A stretch of DNA of 64,000 bases, from assembly GCA_964252035.1 (NCBI GenBank), contig OZ176206.1; one strand, 5' to 3'. The notes below the pieces were generated by a model. That model did no database searches. It was not told the origin of the DNA and was given only the letters and a program-made list of their open reading frames with translations. The position numbers and the translations under genes are program-made. Positions 10,326-22,239 of this stretch are shown piece by piece (positions within the stretch are counted from its first letter, which is position 1; every line of letters begins with the position of its first letter). Origin of the DNA: Podarcis erhardii (Eukaryota).

Positions 10326-13300
10326 GTGAAGCCCTGGAACACCACTGCAAGGCAGAGAAGACAATACTAGGGTAGATTGACCAATTGTCCTACTCAGTGC
10401 TTTTTTTCAAGGGGTACTCAAGTGCGGCACCTTTTTTTGTTGTTGTTAAAAAGTGTGGCACTTACTGTAACAACTTCATGGTGAGTACCAGTACCTATTT
10501 TTCTAGGGGGGAAAGCATTGGTCCTACTCCGTATAAGGCAGCTTCTCATGTCCTTCAGCTGGGGATTTGCCAGCCAGGAATGCACTCTCGATAGGTTGCC
10601 ATCTTATTTATTTATTTTAGAACCTAAGCAACTGCCTTGTGCAGACTCAGGCCACTGATCCATCTAACTCAGTGCTGCCTACACTGACTGGCAGAAGCTC
10701 TCCAGGGTTTCTGAAGGACCTGGAGATGCCAGGGATTGAATCTGAGCCCCTTTCCATGCTCAACATGTGCTCAACCCACTGAGTTATGGCCTTTCCTCAA
10801 ATGCTGGTGCATGACAATAGGCGTTCTTTTAAATATGCATTTGCCCATATTGGGCAAACGGACTTTTCAGATGTGTCAATGCACCGTACAACCATCTTGC
10901 CTTTTTCGCTCTTCTGTCCAACTTTGGAGCTAGGTCACCGGTATGTCCATTATATGGGACCTCTTTCTCAACAAGCCAGTTCCAAAATCCCATCACACCT
11001 GGTGCAATGCAAGCAAAAGGGTGCAGGGCATAGCTGAACAGATGTGGCATTTACTGTTCACTTATTACACATATATCTGATCATACAACTTAGTGCAGCA
11101 TAGGCGGGGTTTCCCATGTAGCAATGCATCCATGTGCTGACTAGACCTAATAGCAACAACAACAACAACAACAACAATTTAATTGTACCCCGCCTATCTG
11201 ACTTGGTTGCCCCAGCCACTCTGGGTGGCTCCAGCCACTCTGTTTAAGTATAGCAAGTTGGCTGTGTCATATCCCTTTAGACTGGGAGTAGCCAAAAGTG
11301 TTGCCTTCCAGATTTTGTTGGACTACAATGCCCATCAACCCTGGCCTTGCTGGTTTGGGCTGATGGGAGTTGTAGTCCAACAACACCTGGGGAGAGCACG
11401 CTGTTGGCTGTAACTCTTAGACCGTGCCTTCAGAACTGGCTTCATTCAAAGTCTCACCCACTGAGCTCTATCAGACAAAGCAAACTAGCCACTTTCTGCA
11501 TCAAGGTTGAGAGGGGTCTGAACCCACTTCTCCGGTATCACTCAGGTTAAGCAGCAGGTTTAGCCAGTTCCCTTCCTCAGCAGTCTCCAAATGGTCACCA
11601 CACATGTGGTACATGGTACATAGACAGGCATCCTTCTATGATGCTCCTGTGACACACACAGCCTCCCCTCCCACATGGTTCCTGTCAGTAGGGATGGAGG
11701 AGAAACTCGATTCACTTCACAGTTAAAGGCGAGCCTACCTGTTCCACGCTTTCCGAAACAATATGCAAACGGAAACATGGCCATCCTTCGAAATTTGCGC
11801 TTCTTTGAATTTTTCAAAGCAGCCAAGTTACGGACAGCAAAAGCGCATTGGCTGAGGTGAAGAAGCATGCATGAAAATGCATGACATTAAGTGAAAACAA
11901 CATGCAAAACTGTATTCTGTTTGTGGAAACTGCTTTGCAAAAATGTGTATATTAGGCAGACTTGCAGATAAGCATGCGTATATCAGGAGATCGTCACATT
12001 AAAATCATGGCGAATTTTCATGAGCCCTTTATTGGGTGTTTGGTTGTGGGTTGCTTTTTTTGTTTTTTGTTTTTTGTTTTTTGTTTTTTGTTTTTTTTTT
12101 TTTTTGAGAGAGAGAGAGAGAATAATAATAATCAGGAAATTGATGTGGAAATGTGGAGAACTGAACTTAAGACTAAGAAAAGAAACTGAGAAGCTGAAGA
12201 TGACAGATTCACTCATCCTTATCAGTCAGGATAATGCAGCTTGAGTGGTGAGGAGAATGCCAAGGGCACCACAGCACCTTTCTCCTCCTAAGTAAACTGT
12301 TTATTTGTGTACAAGGGCATTCTCGTTGGCAGGCACGTGGCTTTGGAATTCATTGCCAGACCACTAATGCTGCAGGCTTTCCTGAGATATTTGGGGACTC
12401 AGCTCCAACCCCAACCCTCTGCAGGCTGTCCTTTGAAGGGTTGTTACTGGGTTTCCCTTTGCTTCAGGTCTTTCATAATATTGTAGTAATTTTGAGTGGG
12501 TCAGCCTGCCTTATCCATTACTGTTCTCCCAGTATTCTATTCGCTAACTGTCGTCATTGCATTTCTGAGTTTTATTGCAAGCTGTCATGAAGGAGGCAGC
12601 ATATAGCTGTTTCAAACCCATAAAATGGTGCTGATAAGGGCACCATCTCTGGGCAAAGCCTAGCCTCCATCACAGAATATAAGAAGCCACCTTAGACTGA
12701 ATCAGACCACTGGTCCATCTAACTCAGTACTGCCTTCACTGGCTGGCAGTGGCTCTCCAGGAAATTCATACAGGAGTCTCAACATCTCACCTTGGAGATG
12801 CTGGGGATTGAACCTGGGACCTTCTGTATTCAACACAGGTGCTCCACCACTGAGCTACAGCCCTTTCCTTAAAACACAAGAACATAGTCAGCTGCTGTAT
12901 ACCAAGCCAGACCATTGGTCCATCTAGCTCTGTCTTTTTGACACTGGCTGGCAGCAACTTCCCAGGGCTTCAGGCAGAGGACATTCCCAGCCTCCCCTGG
13001 TGATTCTGCAGGGTTGTAGGACCTGCGCTCTTCTGCATGAAAAGCAGGTGGCCTACCACCAGGCTTCCCTTCCCTAAACTGAACTCCCTTAGCCCAGCCC
13101 AGAGTGACCAGGAACCCACAGGAAGGCAGGATTTCTTTTCATGGCACAGACTTTAATGTGATTAGTAATAGCTCAACAGGTTAGAGCATGGCTGCTAATG
13201 CCAAGGTTGCAGGTTCAATCCCCGTATGGGATGGCTGCATATTGAGAGGTTGATCCTCAGGGTCCCTTCCAACTTTACAAATCTATGATCACTGACTAGT

Positions 13301-13344
13301 GGTTGTTAAAAGGAGAGCTGGCACTCAGGCATTAAAGCCCATTA

Positions 13345-13700
13345 CAGTGGTGCCCCGCAAGACAAACGCTTCGCAAGACAGAAAACCCGCTAGACGAAAG
13401 GGTTTTCCGTTTTGGAGGCACTTCGCAAAACGAATTTCCCTATGGGCTTGCTTCGCAAGACGAAAATGTATTGCGAGTTCCTGTGGGGTTTTTTTCCCCT
13501 TTCCCCCCTTTTCCTAAGCCCTAAGCCGCTTATCAGCTGATCCGCTGATAAGCCGCTTATCAGCTGATCCGCTAAAAGCCGCTAAACCGCTAATAGCGCT
13601 AATCCGCTAAGCTGTCAATGGGCTTGCTTCGCAAGATGAAAAAATCACTATACGAAGAGCCTCACGGAACGGATTAATTTCGTCTTGCGAGGCACCACTG
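13345..13700. mobile_element. Tc1/mariner (pogo/Tigger-like) MITE
   Basis: TIRs CAGTGGTGCC(C/T)CGCAAGAC, TA on both sides, CpG-rich interior. Confidence 0.9.
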
Positions 13701-14571
13701 TATCTGCACACGCATGCAAATATTGTAGCAAGTGTTCCGCTAGCTGTTAAATCATCGTGGTAATATTTATAAACCAGCCCAAGTTAAATGGCACGCACAA
13801 AACTCTTCTCATACTGGAAGGTGTTAGGATGAGCTCATCACCAGTCTTACATGCTACTGTCTAGCATTAAGATTTCAACTGATTTTTCACCACAAGCTTA
13901 AGCACACTTACAGTACCTGGGAGCCAGGTATGATGGGGAAAGAAATATGATTCAGTTTGCATTTAAAGGTGAACCTAATCTGTACTTTCTGCAACAAGAC
14001 ACAGTCATCCTTCGGAATGTGGATGTCTCCGAATCTTGCTGTGTCTTTCTCCAGTGTATCAGAATGCATATATTGAGGTAAAGATATCCATAAAGGGTGC
14101 ATATATTGGTGTAAATGATGTACCAAAATGTGCTGCGCTGTGGGGAAACTGCTTTGCAAAAACTGCTCACGTTAGGAAAACTTCATACCAAAAACTAGCA
14201 GGAATTCACAAATGCGAGTGAATTTTCATGAGAAGTATATAAAAAAATTGGAATTCGGGCACTGATGTGGAGAAAACATGGGCTTGCGGCAGGAAAAACA
14301 AGAAGCTGAAACAGACAGGTTTTGCCCATTCGCACTTGGGAGTAGCCCCATTGAATTCAGTGGAGCCCAACTCCCGAGGAAATGCATGCAAACTCTGGAT
14401 GCACATCTCCTTGACTATAGTCCTGCAGACAGTTAGGCAGCTGCAATCTCAATGTGGAGATGCCTAGACAAACTCACCAGGGTGTAAGCCCCACCAAACA
14501 TACTTCCAAATAAACAGGCATAGAACATGATTGCAATTGTGTTCAGAATCTGAGATGTTGCCTGCTCTGTG

Positions 14572-14823
14572 NNNNNNNNNNNNNNNNNNNNNNNNNNNNN
14601 NNNNNNNNNNNNNNNNNNNNNNNNNNNNNNNNNNNNNNNNNNNNNNNNNNNNNNNNNNNNNNNNNNNNNNNNNNNNNNNNNNNNNNNNNNNNNNNNNNNN
14701 NNNNNNNNNNNNNNNNNNNNNNNNNNNNNNNNNNNNNNNNNNNNNNNNNNNNNNNNNNNNNNNNNNNNNNNNNNNNNNNNNNNNNNNNNNNNNNNNNNNN
14801 NNNNNNNNNNNNNNNNNNNNNNN
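14572..14823. other. Assembly gap (252 N)
   Basis: Run of N in intron 4. Confidence 1.
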
Positions 14824-15021
14824 TTTCCTTCAAGGAGCTAAAGGTGACATACACGGCGCTCTTCCTCTCCATTTTATGTTCACAACCCTGTGAGGTAGGT
14901 TAGGCTGAGATGATGACTGCCCCAAGAAGACCTGCTTCGAATGCAAACTGTTTTGCCATCAGTGGGGATACTTTTGAGTAAGTGTTGCTAGGGACAGAGT
15001 GTCCATTGATCAGTTTTTCTG

Positions 15022-15960
15022 GGATTGCACATTATTTATTTATTTATTATTTAGCACAATGTGTATACCATTTTAATGCAATAAACCTCTAAGTAGTGGT
15101 TTTCAAGAAATAGGAAAATGATCATTTTTAAAAAAGTAATGCTAAACACATTTAAAAGAGAATTAACATTGGTAATTAAAATGAGATCAAAACACTTGTC
15201 AGCATTGTTGCATTTTAATATTTTGCTGGAAGCCGCCCAGAGTGGCTGGGGAAACCCAGCCAAATGGGCGGGGTATAAATAATAATAACAACAATTTATT
15301 ATTATTATACTGCATGTCTGGATAGGCTTGCCAAAACAAAAATATTTCAAGCAGGTGACAAAAAGAGGCCTCTCTGCCTTGTATCAATAGGCAGGGAGTT
15401 CCAAAGTGTAGGTGCTCCCACACTAAATGATTGATTTCTTACAATTGTAGAACGAGTATTATGTGGCATCTGTAACAGGGCCAGTTCTGCTAATTGAAGT
15501 GGTCAACTGGGCACACATGGGCTAAGGCTATCCTGCAAGTAAACTTTCCCCAAGCCGTTAAGGACTTTATATACCAATTGTGATACCCTGAACTTGACAC
15601 AGTAATGAACAGGCAAACACTCCAGATCTCTGAGCAGAGGTATTGCATGCTGACAGGCCCTCACTCCTGTCTGCTCTATCTGCAGTTCCCGGGTCAAGCA
15701 CAAGGGAAACCCCACATAGTGCATTGCAGTTATCCAGTACGGAGGTCACCACCGTCTGATGTACTATAGTTAAGCTGGCACATCTGGTTAAAGGAGCTTC
15801 TAGCCACTGTAAGTTCAAGGGCCTCTAGTGGTAAAGCTGAGTTGAGATAACAGCTTGTCCAGGGCAACCCAGTAATGTCACAAGAGTTTGGACATAGATT
15901 CTCCAAGTCAATCCTATGGACCAAAGCAGATCTTTCTCCATTTCTCAATGTGCAGTTTGG
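15022..15960 (-). mobile_element. L2 LINE 3' fragment with a nested opposite-strand L2 tail at about 15225-15310
   Basis: Minus translation VVTSVLDNCNALCGVSL resembles the L2 RT motif LVTSRLDYCNALYxGLP; (TTTA)n tail near 15022. Confidence 0.75.
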
Positions 15961-16424
15961 GATATTCAGCCTCCTGGTGGTTTGAGAGAGGTTGTGTTTC
16001 CAGAAGAGAAAACCACCCCTACTATCACCCAGAGTTGCTTTCAAGTATGCTATACTCAGAGTAGACCCATTGAAATTAATGAATGCTGTAGGGGCCTCCC
16101 ATTCTAGGGCAGAGATACCTGTACAGTGGTACCTCAGGTTACAGAAGCTTCAGGTTACAGACGCTTCAGGTTACAGACTCCACTAACCCAGAAATAGTAC
16201 CTCGAGTTAAGAATTTTGCTTCAGGATGAGAATAGAAATCGCACAGCAGTGGCATGGCAGCAGCGGGAGGCTCCATGAGCTAAAGTGGTACCTCAGGTTA
16301 AGAACAGTTCCAGGTTAAGAACGGACCTCCAGAATGAATTGATTATTGAAAGTCCCTAGGGGAGAGTAGAGATCATCCAAAGGCCGCTGTTTCCCTTGCT
16401 CCTACTCTGAAGAGAAATATATTT

Positions 16425-16897
16425 AAGGAGGATATTGACAAGCTGGAACATGTGCAGAAGAGGGTGACCATGACGACAAAGGGCCTGGAAGCCAAGCCTT
16501 ATTAGGAACGGTTGAGGGAGTTGGGCATGTTTAGCCTGGCGAATAAAAGACTGAGAGGTGATATGATAGGCATCTTCAAATATCTGAAGGATTCCCCATG
16601 GAAGATGAAGCAAGCTTGTTTTCTGCTGCTCCAGAGGAGAGGACACCATGCAATTGATTCAAATGACAATAAAGGAGATTCCAGCTAAATATTAGGAAGA
16701 ACTTTCTGGTGGTAAGAGTTGATTGATGGTGGAGCAAAGTACCTTGGAAGGTGGTGAACTCTCATTCATTGGATGTTTTTAAGCAGAGGTTGGGTGGCCA
16801 TTTGTCAGGGATTCTTAAGCTGTGATTCCTGCATTGCAGGGGGTTGGACTAGATGACCCTTGAGGTTCCTTCCAACTCTGTAGTTTTGTGATTCTAT
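16425..16897 (+). mobile_element. CR1 LINE 3' end (RT C-terminus + 3' UTR)
   Basis: DIDKLEHVQKRVT-like coding remnant followed by the same 3' UTR and GATTCTAT tail as 9964-10325. Confidence 0.85.
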
Positions 16898-17319
16898 ACC
16901 CATTGCCCAGGGCTTTTTTATCAGCTGGAACTTACTGGACAGCTATCTGATAGGGAGATGCGGGCTCTGAATTTCTATAACTCAATAGGGGTTCAACTAG
17001 GATCACCTTTAGATGAACTATTTATTCTGCGTTCATTGTGATTTGTTTGCAGGGAGGCTATAAGATGTTACATCAAGCAATTATTATCCCACACTTTCCA
17101 TTTCATTTTCTGGTCACTTTCCTTATTCCATAATTTTTTATTGGGGGTGGTGGGGTGGGTGGTTTGCTGTGCAAATCAACTTTAATTGCACAACCTGGAT
17201 TTGGTAGTGTGCAATTGAATCCTACCTGAAAATATTGGCAGTCTTGAAGCACCCCAGATGCCCCATCAGCAGAGTGTTGCAGAGAGGCAAGATGTAATGC
17301 AAAATTTTGCTACTAAGCG

Positions 17320-17363
<44 letters not shown>

Positions 17364-18225
17364 TACACACACAATCTTTAGGGGTATGTGTACCCCTGCA
17401 CCCCCCCAGAAGAAACATTATATATATATATGAGACTGTGTCCTGCAAAAATCTATATATCCTACTCAAGACATTCCAAATTTAATTTAATAAATTAAAT
17501 AGATTTAATAAATCCTGTCTTTATTTATCCGCTTCTCAAAGTACTGAAATAATCCTGTAATGAAAAAGCTAGCATGTATGAAGGAGTCAATAAATTTTGA
17601 CTTTGAATGTTTTAGCATTAGTATTACTTCCGTGATGGAATGTTTTTAGATGATAGTGGCTCATTGTTGTTGTTTAGCAATTAAAATATCATTCGGCGCC
17701 TGGGTTTTCCCTTCTGTTATTCTGGTTCATCTTGGTACTCTTCCCCACACTTTATTTGTTTTGTTTTCAGCTTTGTGTTCTTGGGGGCTTCATCACATTT
17801 GCTGAGGGGGTGAATTCCCTGGAACTCTTCAGCAAAGTTTGGGAGGGACTCAAGTTCCCAGAGAGCACCTGCTGGAGCAAGGCTGTGCCTTCTGAGGACA
17901 ATAGGATGGGCTTGGGCGATTGACCACACAAATCTGGCTTCCTTGGAGAACAGCAGAGCAGTTCCAAAGGGAGTTCATGACAGAGGCGTGTGCAATTTAT
18001 GCATGGCATAGACAGAAAGAAGTGCTTCCTCCTCTACTAGATTTTTGGGACCATCCAATGAATCTGAATGCTGGAAGATTCAGGACAGACAAAATAAAAT
18101 ACCTCTCCACACAGCCCATAGTTAAACTATGGAATTTGCTCCCATGAGAGATAATGATGGCCACCAACTTGGATGGCCTTCAAATAAATTTGTGTTGGAG
18201 AGAGAGGTTTGGAAGAGAGTTCCAA

Positions 18226-19358
18226 GTTTGCTTCAGCATACAAGACACCATCTTTAACTCCATGGCATTTGTTCTTCTCAAAGTGCACTGCAAACTCTTT
18301 CTTGTCTAATGCAGAGACGTTTAGCATGTTGTAGCTCAGACTTGGAGCGTACGAAAACATCAACCACGTTGTTGGCCTCTTGGTTTGTCGTTTACTCTGA
18401 GTCTTAACATTCTGGATCCCTTGTTTTGGATCTCCATTACATCACTGTTGGAAATCAGAATGTTCCTGCTCTTGGGTTCTAGACCCTTAAAGAAATTCCT
18501 GTTATGGGAACGGTGAGAAGAACACCCACTGTTGATAATCCTGCGAGAGGGATCCTGTAGGAGCATATTGCTCATGTTGCTCTGTCTCCTTCTATTTGTC
18601 CACATTCCTCTGGGGCTTCCCCCATTGTTGTCTAGAATGTGTTGCCTTGTGGGTAGGGTTGCTGCTCCAGCACACATTGGCCTTGTGCCCCTCTTACCCA
18701 CATCTGAAGCAAGTAAGAGGCTCTCTCTTGGCCAGGGCATTCTCCCTGGAATGGGAGAAGTCATTTGAGTCAGAAGGCTCGCTTTGTGACGGAAGGAACG
18801 CTTCATCCTTTGGGGAGCAGTGTTCTTTCAGAAATGCCATGGTTCTGTCCAGGACATCTCATCATTCCAACACTTTTGCAAAAGCATCAAAATTATCTCC
18901 TAGTGAGCTGATCAGAACTAAAACCTTTTGCTCGTCATTAAAAAAAGCCTGTTAGGGCCAGCTGGTCAGTTGGTGTTAGCACGCTTGCCACAGTCTCTTT
19001 CAGAATTCAGCCTTAGCCTGAATAGTTCCTTCACCCATTTTGCCTGATGTCTCTTGCTAACAAATCCAAATGGAAATTCTAGCTTTGTTAAAGCTTCAGC
19101 TGCAGTTTCACAATGCTCAAGATGGATCAGCTGGCAATTCTCTAGGCTTTGCATAACGATCCCCATGGCAGAATTGCTTTCTGTGTCCCATTGGCATGCT
19201 TCCTTATCATTGGCTTTGGGTCTGGGAATCTCAATGCATTTAATATGCCTTTTGCCTTTAAAAAGGATCTCCAATCTCATTTTGCAATGGACAATTGTGG
19301 AGTTTGTAAGCTTTGCAAGGGTGGAATTATGACAGATCATTGGATCCAGGGCTGTCAT
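18226..19358 (-). mobile_element. Decayed Ty1/Copia retrotransposon gag-zinc knuckle-protease fragment
   Basis: Minus-strand translation gives Copia gag-like helices (LTNSTIVHCKMRLEILF...QLIHLEHCETAAEALTKLE; EQKVLVLISSLGDNFDAF), a CX2CX4HX4C knuckle at 18670-18711 (CFRCG*EGHKANVC), a protease-like IINSGCSSH motif (cf. WILDSGASSH) and YAPSLSYNMLNVSAL (cf. YVPxLxxNLLSVSxL); stops and frameshifts present. Confidence 0.8.
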
Positions 19359-20008
19359 GGTTAAAAAACAAGTTTCCCCAAAATGCTGGAAACGCACACA
19401 CACACCACTAAAATTGCAAAAAATAAAATAAAAAATTGCTTGATAATAAGAATAAAACCTTTCTGGAGATTTGAACACAAACCTGGTGCATGGGGAAGAA
19501 AAGAAAAAAATGGTGGTTGATACCTATCCCCCTCAGTAAAAACAAATGGACAAAAAGAAGTCTCAAAAACCCTTTCATGCACACAAGTGTGAGTCAGTAA
19601 CTGCATATTACAACAGTTTCAACCCATACATGGAGGATAAGCCTATCAATGGCTACTAGTTGCTGGGAACTGCAGGAAGGGAGAGTTGAAATTACACTCA
19701 GGTCCAACTTGTAGGCTTTCCATTGAGGTATCTGCTTGGCCAGTAGGAAAACAGGATGATGCACCAGGTAGGCTATTGGCCTGATTTTGTAGGGCTCTTT
19801 CAATGATGAGGAAGTTCTTTGACATAAACCTCACTAAAATAAATGGAAGATACACAAAGGAGAGGTGGACAGTGCTAACCCAAGACATTTTGCTTCATGA
19901 GGCAAAGGATAAGATGCCCTTCCCCCAATTACATTCACAAAATCAGGCCAGGTGGACAGTTGATTCTTATTTCAGCTATGGTGATGGGACAGCAGACTAG
20001 TTTGGAGG

Positions 20009-20055
<47 letters not shown>

Positions 20056-20430
20056 TTATTTATACCCCGCCCATCTGGTGGGCTTCCCCAGCCGTTTTGG
20101 GCAGCTTCCAACAGAATATTAAAATACAGTAGTCTATTAAACATTAAAAGCTTCCTTAAACAGGGCTGCCTTGAGATGTCATCTAAAAGTCTGGTAGTAG
20201 TTGTTCTCTTTGACATCTAGTGGGAGGGCGTTCCACAGGGCGGGTGCCACTATCGAGAAGGCCCTCTGCCTGGTTCCCTGTAACTTGGCTTCTCGCAGCA
20301 AGGGAACTACCAGAAGGCCCTCGGCACTGGACCTCCGTGTCCAGGCAGAATGATGGGGGTGGAGATGCTCCTTCAGGTATACTGGACCAAGGCCATTTAG
20401 GGCTTTACAGGATGGAGGTCAGACTGTGGG
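20009..20430 (-). mobile_element. L2 LINE 3' end with expanded (AAT)n tail (shorter copies at 11156-11245, 53275-53485)
   Basis: Minus translation PVYLKEHLHP...RRSSAEGLLVVP...RQRAFSIVAPALWNALP, an L2 ORF2 C-terminus; (AAT)n at 20009-20056. Confidence 0.8.
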
Positions 20431-20772
20431 TGGCATCTACAGGACTTCTTTCCAACGTGCTGCCACCACTTTCTGCTTCTCTTCATTTGTCACCAGAGGC
20501 AGCCACCTCACTGAACCTTGGCTGCAGGCAGCTGTCCAAGATGAGAGTGAAGAGGACCAGGAGGGTGTAGCCAATGAATTAACCAGAGAGTCAGAAACAG
20601 AGAACCAATCAGTAAGGATGGAGAAGAAAGCTACTTCCGTTCGCATCTAAAAGCGAGCTTATTTACTCCCTGAAACGAACGGGTGAACCAAAACAACAGC
20701 CATCCTTTGAAATATGCACTTCTCTAAATTTTATAGTGCAGTTCTCCAGCAGAGTAAAATATGCAAATAAAA

Positions 20773-20816
<44 letters not shown>

Positions 20817-22108
20817 GCATCTAAACGGGTAATGTGTGCAAAAGTGAGAAACCAAAACAGACAGATTTGCCTGTCTCTGGCTGTAGCTCCCAGAGAAAAG
20901 GATCAATACTGTGGAAACTGTAGGTCTGTGAAGGGCATAGGGCTCTCCTAACAACTCTTGGAATCCTTAGCAAACTAATGTTCCCCTGGATTCTTTGCCA
21001 TTTAAAGTGGCACCATAGGGCTTTAACTGCATGGTGCAGATGAGGCCTTAAAGTTGAACAGCTGCTGGAATGCCACAGCTTCCCCATCCCTGACTTCTGG
21101 AAGTGTTCAAACCTGCAGTTCTCTGGCTCACCAGAAGTGTCCCAGTTTGACCCCAAGCATCTTCCTACAGACACCTTCACAACTGCCATGCAAGCTCCTG
21201 GTATTTATAGCAGCCCAATCCAGAGGCTTCCCCTCTGCCAGCCAATCAAAGTTCTGGCATTACAAACCACTATTCCCTTTTGTGCTCTGAGCATACTCAG
21301 GTCTTGGGTAGCTTATCATGGCTAGCCCTCAGCCTCAAGGCATGGTGACCGCTGCAGCAAAAGATTGCTTGGGTCTCTCTTTAGCAGCTTCTGCTGCATC
21401 TCCATAATCATCCTCCTCATCATCATCATCATCCACCCCTGAACAAGGACCTCATAGGGTAAATGTATTTGTTTAGAGCAGGGGTGGTGAAGCTCGGGCC
21501 TATGCACAGAATATGGCCATCCAGATTTCTCTGCCTGGTTCTCAAGGCTTGCCCCAGGCTACACCCCTTCCCCACCTATATCCCCTTCCGCAAGGTCACA
21601 TCTGTCACCAACCCCACTTAGCACCTTCCTCGGGCGTTTTAGCCTGGGTGGAATGTGTCCTTGACCATCACTGTTGCTGACCTGGATGGAGAATAGAGAG
21701 AGGGGAGTTTGTCCATTTTACAAAGGCAAAACTTTACATTTCTTGATCTGGCCCCTTTTGTCTCTGGCCAAACCCACCACCAGTGTGGGGCCTCTGGAAG
21801 GTTGCCCAGATGAGAATGTGGCCCCTCAAGCAGGAAAAATTTCCCCACCCTTGATTAAGGAGATTTACACCCAACCTTTTAATCAAAGTGACTCATGATA
21901 GATTGCAACAGCATGCCCTAAATCCACACAACCATGTACTCTCTTAGTCCTCTGGCTGGTGGATGGTGCCTGGCTGGTTGCCCCCCAAACTATGATGTTC
22001 CTCCTGAGAGGCAGAGGGTGAAATTTCTCATTAGCTTTGGTATTGCAGCTGTTAAGATCACAGAATCATAGAACTAGAGTTCGAAGGGATCCTGAGGATC
22101 ATCTAGCC

Positions 22109-22239
22109 CAGGCACAGGCAAATTCGGCCCTCCAGATGTTTTGGGACTATAACTCCCATCATCCCTAGCTAACAGGACCAGTGGTCAGGCATGATGGGAA
22201 TTGTAGTCCCAAAACATAGGCCGAGTTTGCCTATGCCTG
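22109..22239. mobile_element. hAT MITE (palindromic GGGACTATAACTCCCATCATCCC family) nested in a SINE
   Basis: TIRs CAGGCA(C/T)AGGCAAA(T/C)TCGGCC; perfect 8-bp TSD ATCTAGCC (22101-22108, 22240-22247). Decayed relatives near 5870, 11290, 52255, 57640 and 58040. Confidence 0.9.
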
